Below, piece after piece: positions 10,529 through 20,827 of a stretch of 64,000 nt of DNA. Positions within the stretch are counted from its first letter, which is position 1; each line of letters begins with the position of its first letter. The DNA is taken from the NCBI GenBank assembly GCA_963726455.1, contig CAVSCK010000004.1:704001-768000 (forward strand), given 5' to 3'. The DNA comes from an uncultured bacterium. Lineage in GTDB: Bacteria > Zixibacteria > MSB-5A5 > CAIYYT01. A model generated the notes under the pieces. That model saw only the letters and a program-made list of their open reading frames with translations, ran no database searches and had not been told where the DNA came from. Both the position numbers and the translations under genes were made by a program.

Positions 10529-11980
10529 CTACTTTACGTCGTTGAGTCGGTATTCCTTTATCTTGTAAAGTAGTGACCGATACGAGATTTCCAGCATCTC
10601 AGCCGCACGGCGCCGATTCCAGTTAGTGCGTTTCAGGACCTCGGAGATCATCCGTCTTTCTTCTTCTTCGATGGTGCGTGCCAGCCGTTGCTTAAGTGAG
10701 CAGTTATCGTCGGTCGCCTCCGATATGTCAGTCCTGGGCTGGGCAAGCACCGCCGAGGTACCTGATTGCATCGACGCTGATCGCGGGATATAGGCCGGCG
10801 CCATGGGCATTTCCACACCGCTCTGAATCATGGCTGAGACTATGCTTTCGTCCTGCCTGACAACCATCTGTTTCATCATATTTTCAAGCTGTCGGACGTT
10901 ACCCGGCCAGGGGTAGTTGACCAGAGATGTCATACAGTTCTGGCTGATCCTCCGGAAATCGCGTTTATACAATGCATTATATTTGTCTAGGAAGTGGTTG
11001 ACCAGCAAAGGGATATCATCGATACGATCTCGCAATGGCGGCAACTGTACCGTGATTTCGTTAAGGCGATAGAACAGGTCGTCGCGAAATCCGCCGTCAA
11101 AGATTGCCCGCTCCAGATCACGATTTGTGGCGCAAATGATGCGGACATCAACCTTGATGTTCGTGATGCCCCCCACACGAATAAACTCATGCTGTTCCAA
11201 CACCTGTAAGAGTTTGGCCTGCAAATCAACCGACATGTCCCCAATTTCATCGAGGAAGATCGTGCCTTTATTGGCAGTCTCAAACCGCCCCGGCTTGGTC
11301 TTGTGTGCTCCTGTGAATGCGCCTTTTTCGTAGCCGAATAGCTCGGCTTCCAGAAGCTCCCTGGGAATCGCCGCGCAATTGACCTTGATAAATGCGGCGG
11401 CCCGCCGTGATGAAAGCGAGTGCAACATGCGCGCGACGATCTCTTTGCCGGTGCCGGATTCGCCCCGAATCAATACGGAGAGTTCGCTATCGGCGACCTG
11501 CTCGATCAGGTTCTTGATGTCCTGCATCTTGGAGGAATCGCCGACGAAGCTTTCGTATTGGCTCTTGGCTTGCAGCTCACTCTTGAGGTAGTGAACTTCG
11601 TTTTCGAGCTGCCGACGCTTGAGAGCGTTTTGCAGATGCAATGCCACTTCCTTCACATCGAACGGTTTGTTAATAAACTCGGTGGCGCCCAGTTTTATGC
11701 ATTCTACGACCGTCTGGGTCTCTCCCTGTCCGGACAACATAATTACGTCCGAAGGGAGGTCGGATTTCTTGATTTTCTTTAGAACTTCCATGCCGTTCAG
11801 GCCCGGCATCTTGATGTCGAGCAAGATCAAAGGCGGTTTTTCTTTAGACGCTACTTGAATGCCTTCGATTCCATCGGAGGCGCTAATAATTTCGAATTCC
11901 TCCTCCAGCCCTTCACGCAAAATCCAGGAAACCTTGGGATCGTCGTCGATAATCAGAAGCTTCGTTTTTTCATCACTCAT
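10529..11980 (-). CDS. Sigma-54-dependent response regulator (NtrC/AtoC family: REC-AAA+-HTH)
   Basis: REC LIIDDD/LLDIKMP, GESGTGKE, ELFGYEKGAFTGA, FLDEIG, WPGNVRQL, C-terminal Fis-type HTH. Confidence 0.96.
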   Translation of the reverse strand: MSDEKTKLLIIDDDPKVSWILREGLEEEFEIISASDGIEGIQVASKEKPPLILLDIKMPGLNGMEVLKKIKKSDLPSDVIMLSGQGETQTVVECIKLGATEFINKPFDVKEVALHLQNALKRRQLENEVHYLKSELQAKSQYESFVGDSSKMQDIKNLIEQVADSELSVLIRGESGTGKEIVARMLHSLSSRRAAAFIKVNCAAIPRELLEAELFGYEKGAFTGAHKTKPGRFETANKGTIFLDEIGDMSVDLQAKLLQVLEQHEFIRVGGITNIKVDVRIICATNRDLERAIFDGGFRDDLFYRLNEITVQLPPLRDRIDDIPLLVNHFLDKYNALYKRDFRRISQNCMTSLVNYPWPGNVRQLENMMKQMVVRQDESIVSAMIQSGVEMPMAPAYIPRSASMQSGTSAVLAQPRTDISEATDDNCSLKQRLARTIEEEERRMISEVLKRTNWNRRRAAEMLEISYRSLLYKIKEYRLNDVK

Positions 11981-12167
11981 ATGATTCCTCTTTATACGTC
12001 AATTATCGACAGAGCTGTTCGAAAATTGAGCAACCTTCTGCAAATAACTTGCACGATATTGCAGGGGCAAGATCAGAATGTTGGAGGCAGTAGGCAAGCG
12101 ATTTCACTTTTCGCCAACTGGAAAATCTGGGCCGGTTGACCAGGTACGGATTTGCCGGTGCAAAGTA

Positions 12168-14276
12168 TTACGCAGCGGGGAGTTTTATGATAAACGTTGT
12201 GCCGGACCCTTGCTTGCTTTCGAACGTGATTTCGCCATTATGAGCCATCACAATGCGCTCGCAAATTGACAATCCCAGGCCGGTACCGGTATCCTTGGTG
12301 GTAAAATAGCGATCGAATATGTGGTCCTGCGCCTCCAGCGCGATACCCTCGCCGGTGTCCTTGATTAACAGACTCACGAACTGCTTCTGCTGAGCTTCGT
12401 CGAAGGCGCTATGCGCCCGGATCGATAATTGACCGCCCCGCGGCATGGCGTCGATCGCGTTGATAATCAGATTAAGCAGTAGTTCGACGATTTCATTTTC
12501 GTTGACCATTATCGAAGGCAGATCCTCGGCCACGTCGCTGGAGAACTGGATCTTGTGTTTCTTAAGGTCGTTTTCGACGAGCCGCAGGACACGTCGGATA
12601 AGGTCAACGACGCGCTTCTGTTCCAGCTGGTACTTCTTTGGATTTGAGAAGTCGACCAATTCCTTAACCAGCTCATTCAGTCGGAGCATTTCCTGCTCGG
12701 CGGTCATGAAGAAATCGTCGGTCTGGGCGATTTCCGGCCAACGCTCACGCGTGATCTGCAGTGAGCCCCGAATATTCGTAAGCGGCTTTTTGAGATCGTG
12801 CGAAATCTCCGACATCATCTTGCCCATCGTCATTAACCGCGTGGCGTTGAGCAAGGCCCGCTGTTGCTCGTAGATTGAGGTCGCCTGTGATGCAACAATG
12901 GAAGCGATGTTGATATCATTGAGCGAGAATGCATTTTCGCGACGTGATCCGAGGCAAAATACGCCGTGTAGCGCACCTTTGGTGATAATGGGCACGGTTG
13001 TCAGAGTCTTAAGCTGTTCTGCAAAGTAAGGGATTTCCTCGATCTGTGATCTGATCGCCTGCGTTCTGACGGTGGCGGAATGAATCGTCTTGTCCTTAAT
13101 CGAGACTTCTTTGCCGAGCAACTTGGCGGCTTCTTTTTTGCCAAGCCCTTCCCAGTAATCGAATATCAATGTCTCGGGACGCTCGTGCCAGGAAAGCCAG
13201 ACCGCGAAGTCAACGCTCATGATTTTATTCAGTGTTTGGTATATCAGTTCGGTCATGTCGCGCGAGTTGTCGATAGTCGTCAGATTGCTTGCCAACTTGT
13301 AGAGCGCGGAGAGTTCATTCAATTTCTTGTTGAGCTGCTGAAGATTCTCGGCGTCGTCAATGGCAATCGCCGCCTGTGCGGCGAAAGTCACGAGGAGCTT
13401 GAGGTCGCCATCACTGAATTCCGTGCCATGCATGGGATCGGAAAGATTGATAACCCCCAGCACCCTTTCCTTCACCATCAGGGGCGCCGAAATCAGTGAG
13501 TTTGTCTCGTAGTTTCCTTTGGCGAATTGCTTGAAACGACAGTCGCTAAGGATGTCCTTTACGAGAACCGCTTCGCCACTCTGGGCCACATAGCCCGCGA
13601 TCGAGTTGCCCAGTTTGACGCGCGCAGTCCGTTTGACTTCTTCATCGACGCCGACGGCGGCAGATATTGACAATTCGCCTTTCGCTTCATCGAGCAGCAT
13701 GACTGACCCGATCGTAGCGGCAATAACTTCCAGCGCAATTTCTATAATATTGGTAAGTAGATCGTTAAGGTCGTGGGATTGCGACAGGATCAGGCCAGCT
13801 TGATAGAGGGCGTTTACTTCGGCGACGCGTCGGTTAAGTTGAAGATTCGTCAATTGCAGTTCGTCAAGCAGGCGTTGGCGCGCGGATTCGAGTTCCCTTT
13901 TCTCAAGGGCGCGCCGCGCCGCCAGCTTGAGTTGGGTGAACTCGATCGGCTTCATGAGATAATCGTAGGCGCCCATGTTGATAGCGGCCAGAGCGGTTTC
14001 CAAAGACGCGTAGCCGGTCATTAGAATCACCATGGCCTCGGGATCCTGTTTGCGAATTGCCTCGAGCAATTGAATACCATCATATTCAGGAAGGCGAATG
14101 TCGCTGATTACCAGATCGAATCTGTTTTCGCCATACAAGCGAAGTGCTTCTTTGCCGTCGGTGGCAGTCTGTACCTGATAGCCCGCCTTCTTAAGCAGAC
14201 TTTCGAGAGAGCGACAGAGGCGCTCTTCGTCGTCGACCACCAGAATTCGCGAGGGATCAGATTTCGTCATCGACAT
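12168..14276 (-). CDS. Hybrid cytoplasmic histidine kinase REC-GAF-GAF-HisKA-HATPase
   Basis: N-terminal REC (ILVVDDE, ISDIRLP), two GAF-like regions, H-box EISHDLKKPL, NLIINAIDA, DTGEGI, GTGLGL; no TM. Confidence 0.93.
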   Translation of the reverse strand: MSMTKSDPSRILVVDDEERLCRSLESLLKKAGYQVQTATDGKEALRLYGENRFDLVISDIRLPEYDGIQLLEAIRKQDPEAMVILMTGYASLETALAAINMGAYDYLMKPIEFTQLKLAARRALEKRELESARQRLLDELQLTNLQLNRRVAEVNALYQAGLILSQSHDLNDLLTNIIEIALEVIAATIGSVMLLDEAKGELSISAAVGVDEEVKRTARVKLGNSIAGYVAQSGEAVLVKDILSDCRFKQFAKGNYETNSLISAPLMVKERVLGVINLSDPMHGTEFSDGDLKLLVTFAAQAAIAIDDAENLQQLNKKLNELSALYKLASNLTTIDNSRDMTELIYQTLNKIMSVDFAVWLSWHERPETLIFDYWEGLGKKEAAKLLGKEVSIKDKTIHSATVRTQAIRSQIEEIPYFAEQLKTLTTVPIITKGALHGVFCLGSRRENAFSLNDINIASIVASQATSIYEQQRALLNATRLMTMGKMMSEISHDLKKPLTNIRGSLQITRERWPEIAQTDDFFMTAEQEMLRLNELVKELVDFSNPKKYQLEQKRVVDLIRRVLRLVENDLKKHKIQFSSDVAEDLPSIMVNENEIVELLLNLIINAIDAMPRGGQLSIRAHSAFDEAQQKQFVSLLIKDTGEGIALEAQDHIFDRYFTTKDTGTGLGLSICERIVMAHNGEITFESKQGSGTTFIIKLPAA

Positions 14277-15594
14277 TCCTCAGTGGTAGAGTGATCGTGA
14301 AACAGGCGCCGGCATCGGGAGCATTTGTCGCTGATATTTCGCCGTTGTGAGATTTGATGATTCCGTAGCAGACGCTGAGACCGAGACCGGTACCTCGCCC
14401 ACGGGTCTTCGTAGTGAAGAATGGCTCCCAGATTTTCGTCAGGTTTTCGGGGACAATGCCCGGCCCCGAATCCGTCACGCGCATAACGAGCTGGCTCCCC
14501 TCCAGTTCGCCGTCGATAACGATTCTGCCGCCGTCGGGCATAAAGTCACACGAGTTGATCAGCAGATTAAGGAACACTTGCTTTAGTTGTTCGGCGGAAC
14601 CATAAATGAGCGGCAGACCAGTCGGAAGTCGCTTCTCGATTGTGATGGAGCGCGTGCGAGAGTGATGCGATAGCAACAGCAACGTCTCGTCTACGACGGC
14701 TTCGACATCAATCATGCCGAAAACTTCAGCGCGCGGCCGGAACATATCGAGAAGTTGGCGCATGATACCGGCGATGCGGTCTACCTCTTCCGTGACGATT
14801 TGCAGGTATTCACCGGCACTACTCTCCTGCACCGGCGCTTCTCTGGCCAGCAGCAGATAGTTCTTGATAATGCCGAGCGGGTTGTTCACCTCGTGCGCCA
14901 CTCTGGCGGACAGTTGGCCGAGCGCCGCAAGTTTTTCTGCCTGTACGAGCTGCGACTGCGTCATGCGCAATTTATCGAGCGCGTCCTTCTCCGATTCGAA
15001 CAGGCGCGCGTTTTCAACAGTCACTGATAGCTGGTTCGCCAGAATCGCAAGAAATTCGAGGTCATCATCGTAGAAGTCGATACCCGAAATCTTGCGAGTC
15101 ACCGAGAGCAGACCGCGCACTCGATTCTGCAGCGACATGGGAATGAGATATTCACACTCCAACTGCTGTAACAGGCGAACCTCCTCGGAGTCCCCAACCT
15201 GCCTTTGAATTTCCTGGTACGACAGCGGCTTGAAATGAACGGACCGAAACAACTCCAGTACCGAACTGTTTTCCGATATTACTTTGTCGTCAGATGGCTC
15301 AACTGAGAGGCCCTTCTGTTTGGCGAGTGTGAGGTCGTCGTTGTGATGGTTTTTCGCGATCAAAACCGCGGCGCCATTCACGCCCATCTGCCCGATACAG
15401 GTGAGAATTATGCCGTCCAGCAAGGTGGCAGTATCCAGCACCGAGTTCAGGTGCTTGGAAATCTCGAAAATCGTGTAAAGGTCGAAGATCTTCCGCTTGA
15501 GGCGCTTATTCGTCTCAGTGAGTTCTTCGAGGCGAGTCGGCAGATTCTGCCCCTCGCCGTCTACCTTCAGCGACTGTCGCGGTGATTTAGCCAT
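14257..15594 (-). CDS. Cytoplasmic GAF histidine kinase
   Basis: GAF ending LANQLSVTVENARLF, H-box VAHEVNNPL, QVFLNLLIN, DSGPGI, GTGLGL. Confidence 0.93.
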   Translation of the reverse strand: MAKSPRQSLKVDGEGQNLPTRLEELTETNKRLKRKIFDLYTIFEISKHLNSVLDTATLLDGIILTCIGQMGVNGAAVLIAKNHHNDDLTLAKQKGLSVEPSDDKVISENSSVLELFRSVHFKPLSYQEIQRQVGDSEEVRLLQQLECEYLIPMSLQNRVRGLLSVTRKISGIDFYDDDLEFLAILANQLSVTVENARLFESEKDALDKLRMTQSQLVQAEKLAALGQLSARVAHEVNNPLGIIKNYLLLAREAPVQESSAGEYLQIVTEEVDRIAGIMRQLLDMFRPRAEVFGMIDVEAVVDETLLLLSHHSRTRSITIEKRLPTGLPLIYGSAEQLKQVFLNLLINSCDFMPDGGRIVIDGELEGSQLVMRVTDSGPGIVPENLTKIWEPFFTTKTRGRGTGLGLSVCYGIIKSHNGEISATNAPDAGACFTITLPLRNVDDEI

Positions 15595-16907
15595 CTATGT
15601 ACGTAATATCGGCAGATATAAGGTTTACCTGTCTGGTTGACTGAAGCTGTTTCAATCGAGTAATTGCCTCTCCAACAGTGTAATGTGAGCCGCAGATTAG
15701 AACAGTCTCGGACTTCCCTGCCAGTTTGAGGGCGCGATCGACCGCTTCGGCTACCACAAGCTTGACGTCGAAGTCCAGTCCGGCGTTTATTGCGCCCCAG
15801 ACAACACCCTCGATTTCGGCAGTACGGTGGGATACGGGTCTCGTAATGACAGCCCGCCGCGTTATTTTGGCAAATTCCGCCATCATAACGTCGAAATCAG
15901 GGCGCTCCAGGAATCCGCAGACGAGTACGACCTTGCGGCTGCCGTGCACGGACTTGAAAGTCTTTACCAGCGCGCGCGCGCCGTCGGGATTGTGTGCCAC
16001 GTCCAGAAGGATTGCCGGATGTTTGCTAACAAGCTGAAATCGCGCCGGCCAATGAATATTCTTCAAACCCGACTTAAGTGCCCGATCCGTTATACGAATG
16101 CCGTTACGATTCAGCACGTCGACGCATTTGAGCGCGATCATGGCGTTATCGAGTTGGTGCGCACCGACGAGAGAGCTTTCAAAACGGCTATGCTGCTGTT
16201 ACGCCGCCGGTCTCAAATTGCATACGACCGTTCGCAAATGCGATCTTGGCTGACGATTTGGCGGACTTGACAAGGGTTGTACCGCGCTCGCGACACACGT
16301 CGCGAAATATAGCCATAAGTTCAGGACGACGCTCACCCGTGACGAGTGGCACACCGGTCTTGATGATGCCTGCCTTCTCGGTGGCAATCTTCGTCAGTGA
16401 ATTGCCCAATATCTTGGTGTGGTCATAGTCGATATGCGTGATGACGGACAGTTTCGGTTTCAGGACATTCGTTGCATCCAGCCGACCACCCAACCCAACT
16501 TCGATCACGGCGACATCGACTTTCATCTTGCGAAAGTACCAGAATGCCAGCGCGGTTGAGATTTCGAAGAAAGTTATACGGGCGTCCTTAATGAATTGTC
16601 GATTGCCGTCGACGAATTCTGCCAACGATCGTTTGTCGATTACTCCCCGCACGGTACGCACGCGCTCACGATAATCGACGAGATGCGGTGACGTGAACAT
16701 TCCAGCATTGTACCCCGCTGCCTTCAGAATTGCGAACAGCATGGAACTGACCGATCCCTTGCCGTTGGTGCCGGCAACATGAATCGACTGAAACGAGTTC
16801 TGGGGATTGCCCAGATGTTCAAGAAAGCGCGTGATGTTGTCCAGCCCCATCTTGATGCCGAATAGCTCAAGACCAAGAATGAACTCGATTGCGTCGTTGT
16901 AACGCAT
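15587..16907 (-). CDS. folC: Bifunctional folylpolyglutamate/dihydrofolate synthase (indel near 16195)
   Basis: HVAGTNGKGS, FTSPHL, EVGLGGRLDATN, EKAGIIK, then SLVGAHQLDNA, WPARFQ, LDVAHNP, CGSHYTVG in a second frame. Confidence 0.93.
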
Positions 16908-16909
16908 AA

Positions 16910-17746
16910 TCAGGCCGCTAGATATTCGAGTAGCAAATTGACCGTCTCACGTAGCTCCGGTCGGGGAACGATCCTGTCGAGAAATCCGTGATTAAGGAAA
17001 AACTCCGAGGTCTGAAAATCGTCGGGTAGTTTCTGGCCGATAGTCTGTTCAATTACGCGTCTGCCGGCAAAACCCAAGAGGGCGCCCGGCTCGGCGATAA
17101 TGACGTCTCCCAGCGACGCGTAGCTTGCCATGACGCCGGCGGTAGTCGGATTAGTCAGGATCGAAATGAACGGCGACTTTGTTTCTGCCAGGCGGGCCAA
17201 CAGCGCGGAGGTTTTGGCCATTTGCAGCAGCGACAATATTCCCTCCTGCATGCGCGCGCCGCCCGAGCAGGAAACGATCATCAACGGGATATGCCTGTCT
17301 ATCGCGCGTTCGATAGTCCGGCTTATCTTTTCGCCGACGACGCTGCCCATGCTGCCGCCGATAAACGAGAAATCCATGACGGCGAAGGAAACATCCCGGC
17401 CGCTAACTTTAGCAATGCCGCATATCACTGCGTCGTTCTTGCCGGTCTTGCGACGGGCATCAGCGATGCGATCAGGGTATTTCTTGGAATCGCGAAAACC
17501 CAGCGGGTCGAGGGAAACCAGTCCGGTATCGAACTCCTGGAAACTTTCGGCATCGAGGAGAATGCTGATATAGTCTTCCGGCCGGATACGAAAATGATAG
17601 GAACACTTCCGGCAGACCCAGAGTGACTTTTCCAACTCACGGACATAGATGACATCGCCGCAGGAATTGCACTTAGTCCAGAGTCCGTCTGGAATCTCCT
17701 TGCGATCCGTCGGCGGCGGCTGTGGCTTGCGTTTGAACCATTCCAT
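16910..17746 (-). CDS. accD: Acetyl-CoA carboxylase carboxyltransferase beta subunit
   Basis: PDGLWTKC zinc finger, FIGGSMGSVVGEK, SGGARMQEG, GFAGRRVIEQT. Confidence 0.97.
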   Translation of the reverse strand: MEWFKRKPQPPPTDRKEIPDGLWTKCNSCGDVIYVRELEKSLWVCRKCSYHFRIRPEDYISILLDAESFQEFDTGLVSLDPLGFRDSKKYPDRIADARRKTGKNDAVICGIAKVSGRDVSFAVMDFSFIGGSMGSVVGEKISRTIERAIDRHIPLMIVSCSGGARMQEGILSLLQMAKTSALLARLAETKSPFISILTNPTTAGVMASYASLGDVIIAEPGALLGFAGRRVIEQTIGQKLPDDFQTSEFFLNHGFLDRIVPRPELRETVNLLLEYLAA

Positions 17747-17748
17747 GG

Positions 17749-18840
17749 TCAATTACCTATAATGATTTGCATTGTGAACGAATCCTCTGGCGGGCTGGTG
17801 TAGAAACCCTTCCGACGAGTAACCATGGTGAATCCATACTTCTCGTAAAATCGAAGCGCCCTGTCGTTACTCGTGCGCACGTCCAGCACCATTTGGTCGA
17901 TTCCCTTCGCCAATAACCGCTGTTTCAGTTCCTCCAGCAACTTACGCCCCCAACCTTGTGATCGGTGACGTCCGTCGACAGCAATATTGGCAATATAACC
18001 GTAATCGTCAAGCGCAATACAATTGAGATAGCCGGCGCAGTGCCCTCCTATGCGCACAACCAGCGCGATGACGTGGGGGCTGTCGATGTCCGAACGAAAG
18101 GCGTCACGATCCCACGGATCCGAAAACGCGTCGCGTTCTATCGCCATTACCTCGTCAAGATCGGAATAGATCATTTCCACTACCTGACCGTCCTGATTGG
18201 CGTCCCTCCGCTGCTCCGGTTGAGATTTCAGCAGATAGTTGACGTCCAGATTAATTGGATCGAGCCGTTTCCAGAGCTTGAAATCGCGGGCAAATATTCG
18301 CGCCAGGTCACCGCCGGTGTATGACGACGGCGCAGCAACACTCACCGGGCGTTCTAGCTTAGTCAGTGAGTCTCTTAATCGCTCGGCACCTGGCCCGGCG
18401 AAGGTTGAGTCGCCGTAAGCCGCGATAAGCTGTGGCAAGTCCAAAATCGCGATGTCGCGCCCATTCTCCGACACGTAATATTGATCAGCACGACAGTGAA
18501 TCACTATCACGGGATTAATGCCGTAGTCGACAAAGAACATCCGCTCCAGCATCGGCGTACCACCGGTGATTATTTCTTTCCGCCAGGCCTGCGCCAGACC
18601 GAGCACGCCGGCGATACCTACCCGCAGCCCGGTAAATGATCCGGGACCGCTGGTCACGCCGAGATAATCCAACTGCGTTGGAGTGATTGACGCGTCTTTG
18701 AGGACACCGTCGACGGCGCTAATAATCTTTTCTGAATGGCTGCGATCGGCAGGGCCGTCATATCCAGCCAGGGCCTGTTGCTCGGTTGCAACCCCGACTC
18801 GCAACCGGTCACTGGAGCTATCAATTGCGAGAACTAACAT
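17749..18840 (-). CDS. tsaB: TsaB (YeaZ) fused to a RimI-type N-acetyltransferase
   Basis: LAIDSS...HSE...GPGSFTGLRVG (TsaB), then DLDEVMAIERDAFSDPW...NIAV...GWGRKL...LDVRTSN...FYEKYGF...RRKGFY (RimI) in one frame. Confidence 0.88.
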   Translation of the reverse strand: MLVLAIDSSSDRLRVGVATEQQALAGYDGPADRSHSEKIISAVDGVLKDASITPTQLDYLGVTSGPGSFTGLRVGIAGVLGLAQAWRKEIITGGTPMLERMFFVDYGINPVIVIHCRADQYYVSENGRDIAILDLPQLIAAYGDSTFAGPGAERLRDSLTKLERPVSVAAPSSYTGGDLARIFARDFKLWKRLDPINLDVNYLLKSQPEQRRDANQDGQVVEMIYSDLDEVMAIERDAFSDPWDRDAFRSDIDSPHVIALVVRIGGHCAGYLNCIALDDYGYIANIAVDGRHRSQGWGRKLLEELKQRLLAKGIDQMVLDVRTSNDRALRFYEKYGFTMVTRRKGFYTSPPEDSFTMQIIIGN

Positions 18841-19264
18841 GCTCTACTTCTTCGATGATAATGTCGCGGCTTTCGCCGCCGATGATGGCCAGGTTAATGC
18901 GGAAATAGCGTCCCGACAGCAGGCGCTCGCACTTTTCGCCCCATTCGATTATTACAATCCCGTTGTCGTCCAGGTATTCTTCGAAACCCAGGTCGATCAA
19001 CTCGGAATCGTTTCGGATACGATAAAGATCAAAGTGGTTGATAGGTGGCGTCGTCGGATAAGTGTTCACGAGCGAAAACGTCGGGGACGTCACCGCGACA
19101 TTTGTGTCAAACTGGCTGACCACCCCACGCGTAAACAGCGTCTTGCCGGCGCCAAGCTCGCCATACAGGAGAATCACCGCGCCGGGCTGGAGCGTCGAGG
19201 CAAACTTGCGCGCGATAGCCATGGTTTCATCCTCCGATTGCGACGAATAACGAAATCGAGCCAT
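18821..19264 (-). CDS. tsaE: t6A biosynthesis ATPase TsaE
   Basis: LYGELGAGKT, VTSPTFSLVNTY, HFDLYR, IIEW. Confidence 0.96.
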   Translation of the reverse strand: MARFRYSSQSEDETMAIARKFASTLQPGAVILLYGELGAGKTLFTRGVVSQFDTNVAVTSPTFSLVNTYPTTPPINHFDLYRIRNDSELIDLGFEEYLDDNGIVIIEWGEKCERLLSGRYFRINLAIIGGESRDIIIEEVEHVSSRN

Positions 19265-19267
19265 CGA

Positions 19268-20827
19268 CTATTTGGGCTTCAGCGTCGCCACCGGCACGAT
19301 CATTTCCTCGAGCGTAATGCCGCCGTGCTGGAAGGTATTCTGGAATTTCGTGTTGTATTCATTGTAATTGGTCGGGTACACGAAATAGTAATCCTCGCGC
19401 GCAATGAGGAACGTGGTGGCAAGCGAAAATCTTGGCAGTCGGTACAATTCGGGGTTCTTGATCAATAAAGCTTCGCGCTGATCGCAATTCAGGTTGTCGC
19501 CGTACTTGTACCTCAGATTGGTCGACGTGTCGCGTTTGCCGTAAGCAACCGTACCGCGCGTTCCAAGCACGGCCCCATGATCCGTGGTAATAACGCAGGT
19601 AGCGCCAATTTGGGTGATATACTTGACGATGTCGAACAACGTCGAGTGGCCGAACCATGACCGCATCAGCGTGCGAAATGCGGCTTCGTCCGGCGCGATC
19701 TGCTGCAAGACCTTGGACTGCGAGCGGCCATGCGCGAGGATGTCCAGGAAATTAAAGACGATCGCATAGAGTGGTGTGTTTTGATAGGTCGCTAATCGCT
19801 TGACGAGCCCCTCTTCGTCGTTCAGGTCGTTCATCTTGAAATACTTCGGGTCGCCCGGAACTTTGATCTTGAGGCGCCGATACTGGTCGATCAATAATGA
19901 ATCCTCAAAGCGGTTGAGACTGCGCTCGTCCGAAGTGCCCCCTTCCCAGATCTCCGGTTTGTACTTTGCCAATTCATCAGGGAACATTCCGGAAAAGATG
20001 GCGTTGCGGGCGAAAGGCGTCGACGTCGGCAGAATCGAAAAGTAGTAATCGGTCTTGACGTCCAGGTATTCGGCAATGACCGGTTCAATGATCATCCATT
20101 GATCGAGCCGCATGCAGTCGACAACGATAAAGAACGTCGGTTTGTTGTCGTTGATGTGAGGCGCCACTATTGTTTTGAAGAGTGACGGCGACAACAACGG
20201 TCCGCTACCGTTTTTGAGCCAGCGTGGATATTCGCGTTCGATGTACTTGGCAAACTCGAGGTTGAATTCGCGTTTCTGGCTCAGATGGCTTTGCCTGAGA
20301 CCTTCATCCGTCATCCGCTCCAGATCGACATCCCAACGCGCCAGATTGCGGTGAATTTCAACCCAGTCTTCAGGCGTCGTGGGGCCGTAAAGTTTGGCAC
20401 GCAGGCCGTTAAATCGCTCGACGTAATCGCGCGTCAGATAGTCGTCCTGGATACGCCGGGAATCGAGAATCTTCTTGGCGACGGCGAGCACTTGTGACGG
20501 ATTTACCGGCTTGGTAAGATAGTCCGCGATATTCTTGCCGATGGCCTGGTTCATCAGATGCTCTTCTTCGGATTTCGTCACCATCACGATTGGTACGTGA
20601 GGCCTGATCTTCTTGATTTCTTCGAGCGTGGTCAGTCCATCCATGCCCGGCATCATCTCGTCCAGCAGGATCAGATCGAAACTCTGCTTGGTGACCGCAA
20701 TCAGTGCATCCTCACCCGACGCGACCGGCGTAATGTCGAAGCCCCTGCCCTCGAGTATTATGCGGTGCGATTGCAGCAGGTCAATTTCGTCATCGATCCA
20801 CAGGACTTTTTTCGTATCAACGACCAC
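19268..20827 (-). CDS. porX: PorX-type response regulator (REC + PglZ/alkaline-phosphatase-like domain)
   Basis: LWIDDEIDLL, LLDEMMPG, MVTKSEEE, KPVNPSQV; PglZ motifs VVDCMRLDQW, LPTSTPFARNAIFSG, FLDILAH, TTDHG, TFQHGGITLEEM. Confidence 0.9.
   Translation of the reverse strand: MVVDTKKVLWIDDEIDLLQSHRIILEGRGFDITPVASGEDALIAVTKQSFDLILLDEMMPGMDGLTTLEEIKKIRPHVPIVMVTKSEEEHLMNQAIGKNIADYLTKPVNPSQVLAVAKKILDSRRIQDDYLTRDYVERFNGLRAKLYGPTTPEDWVEIHRNLARWDVDLERMTDEGLRQSHLSQKREFNLEFAKYIEREYPRWLKNGSGPLLSPSLFKTIVAPHINDNKPTFFIVVDCMRLDQWMIIEPVIAEYLDVKTDYYFSILPTSTPFARNAIFSGMFPDELAKYKPEIWEGGTSDERSLNRFEDSLLIDQYRRLKIKVPGDPKYFKMNDLNDEEGLVKRLATYQNTPLYAIVFNFLDILAHGRSQSKVLQQIAPDEAAFRTLMRSWFGHSTLFDIVKYITQIGATCVITTDHGAVLGTRGTVAYGKRDTSTNLRYKYGDNLNCDQREALLIKNPELYRLPRFSLATTFLIAREDYYFVYPTNYNEYNTKFQNTFQHGGITLEEMIVPVATLKPK

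Noticed and set aside
19268-20827. PglZ domain as part of a BREX defence system
   Set aside because: It is fused to a REC domain in the PorX architecture, and no brxC, pglX or brxL is nearby.
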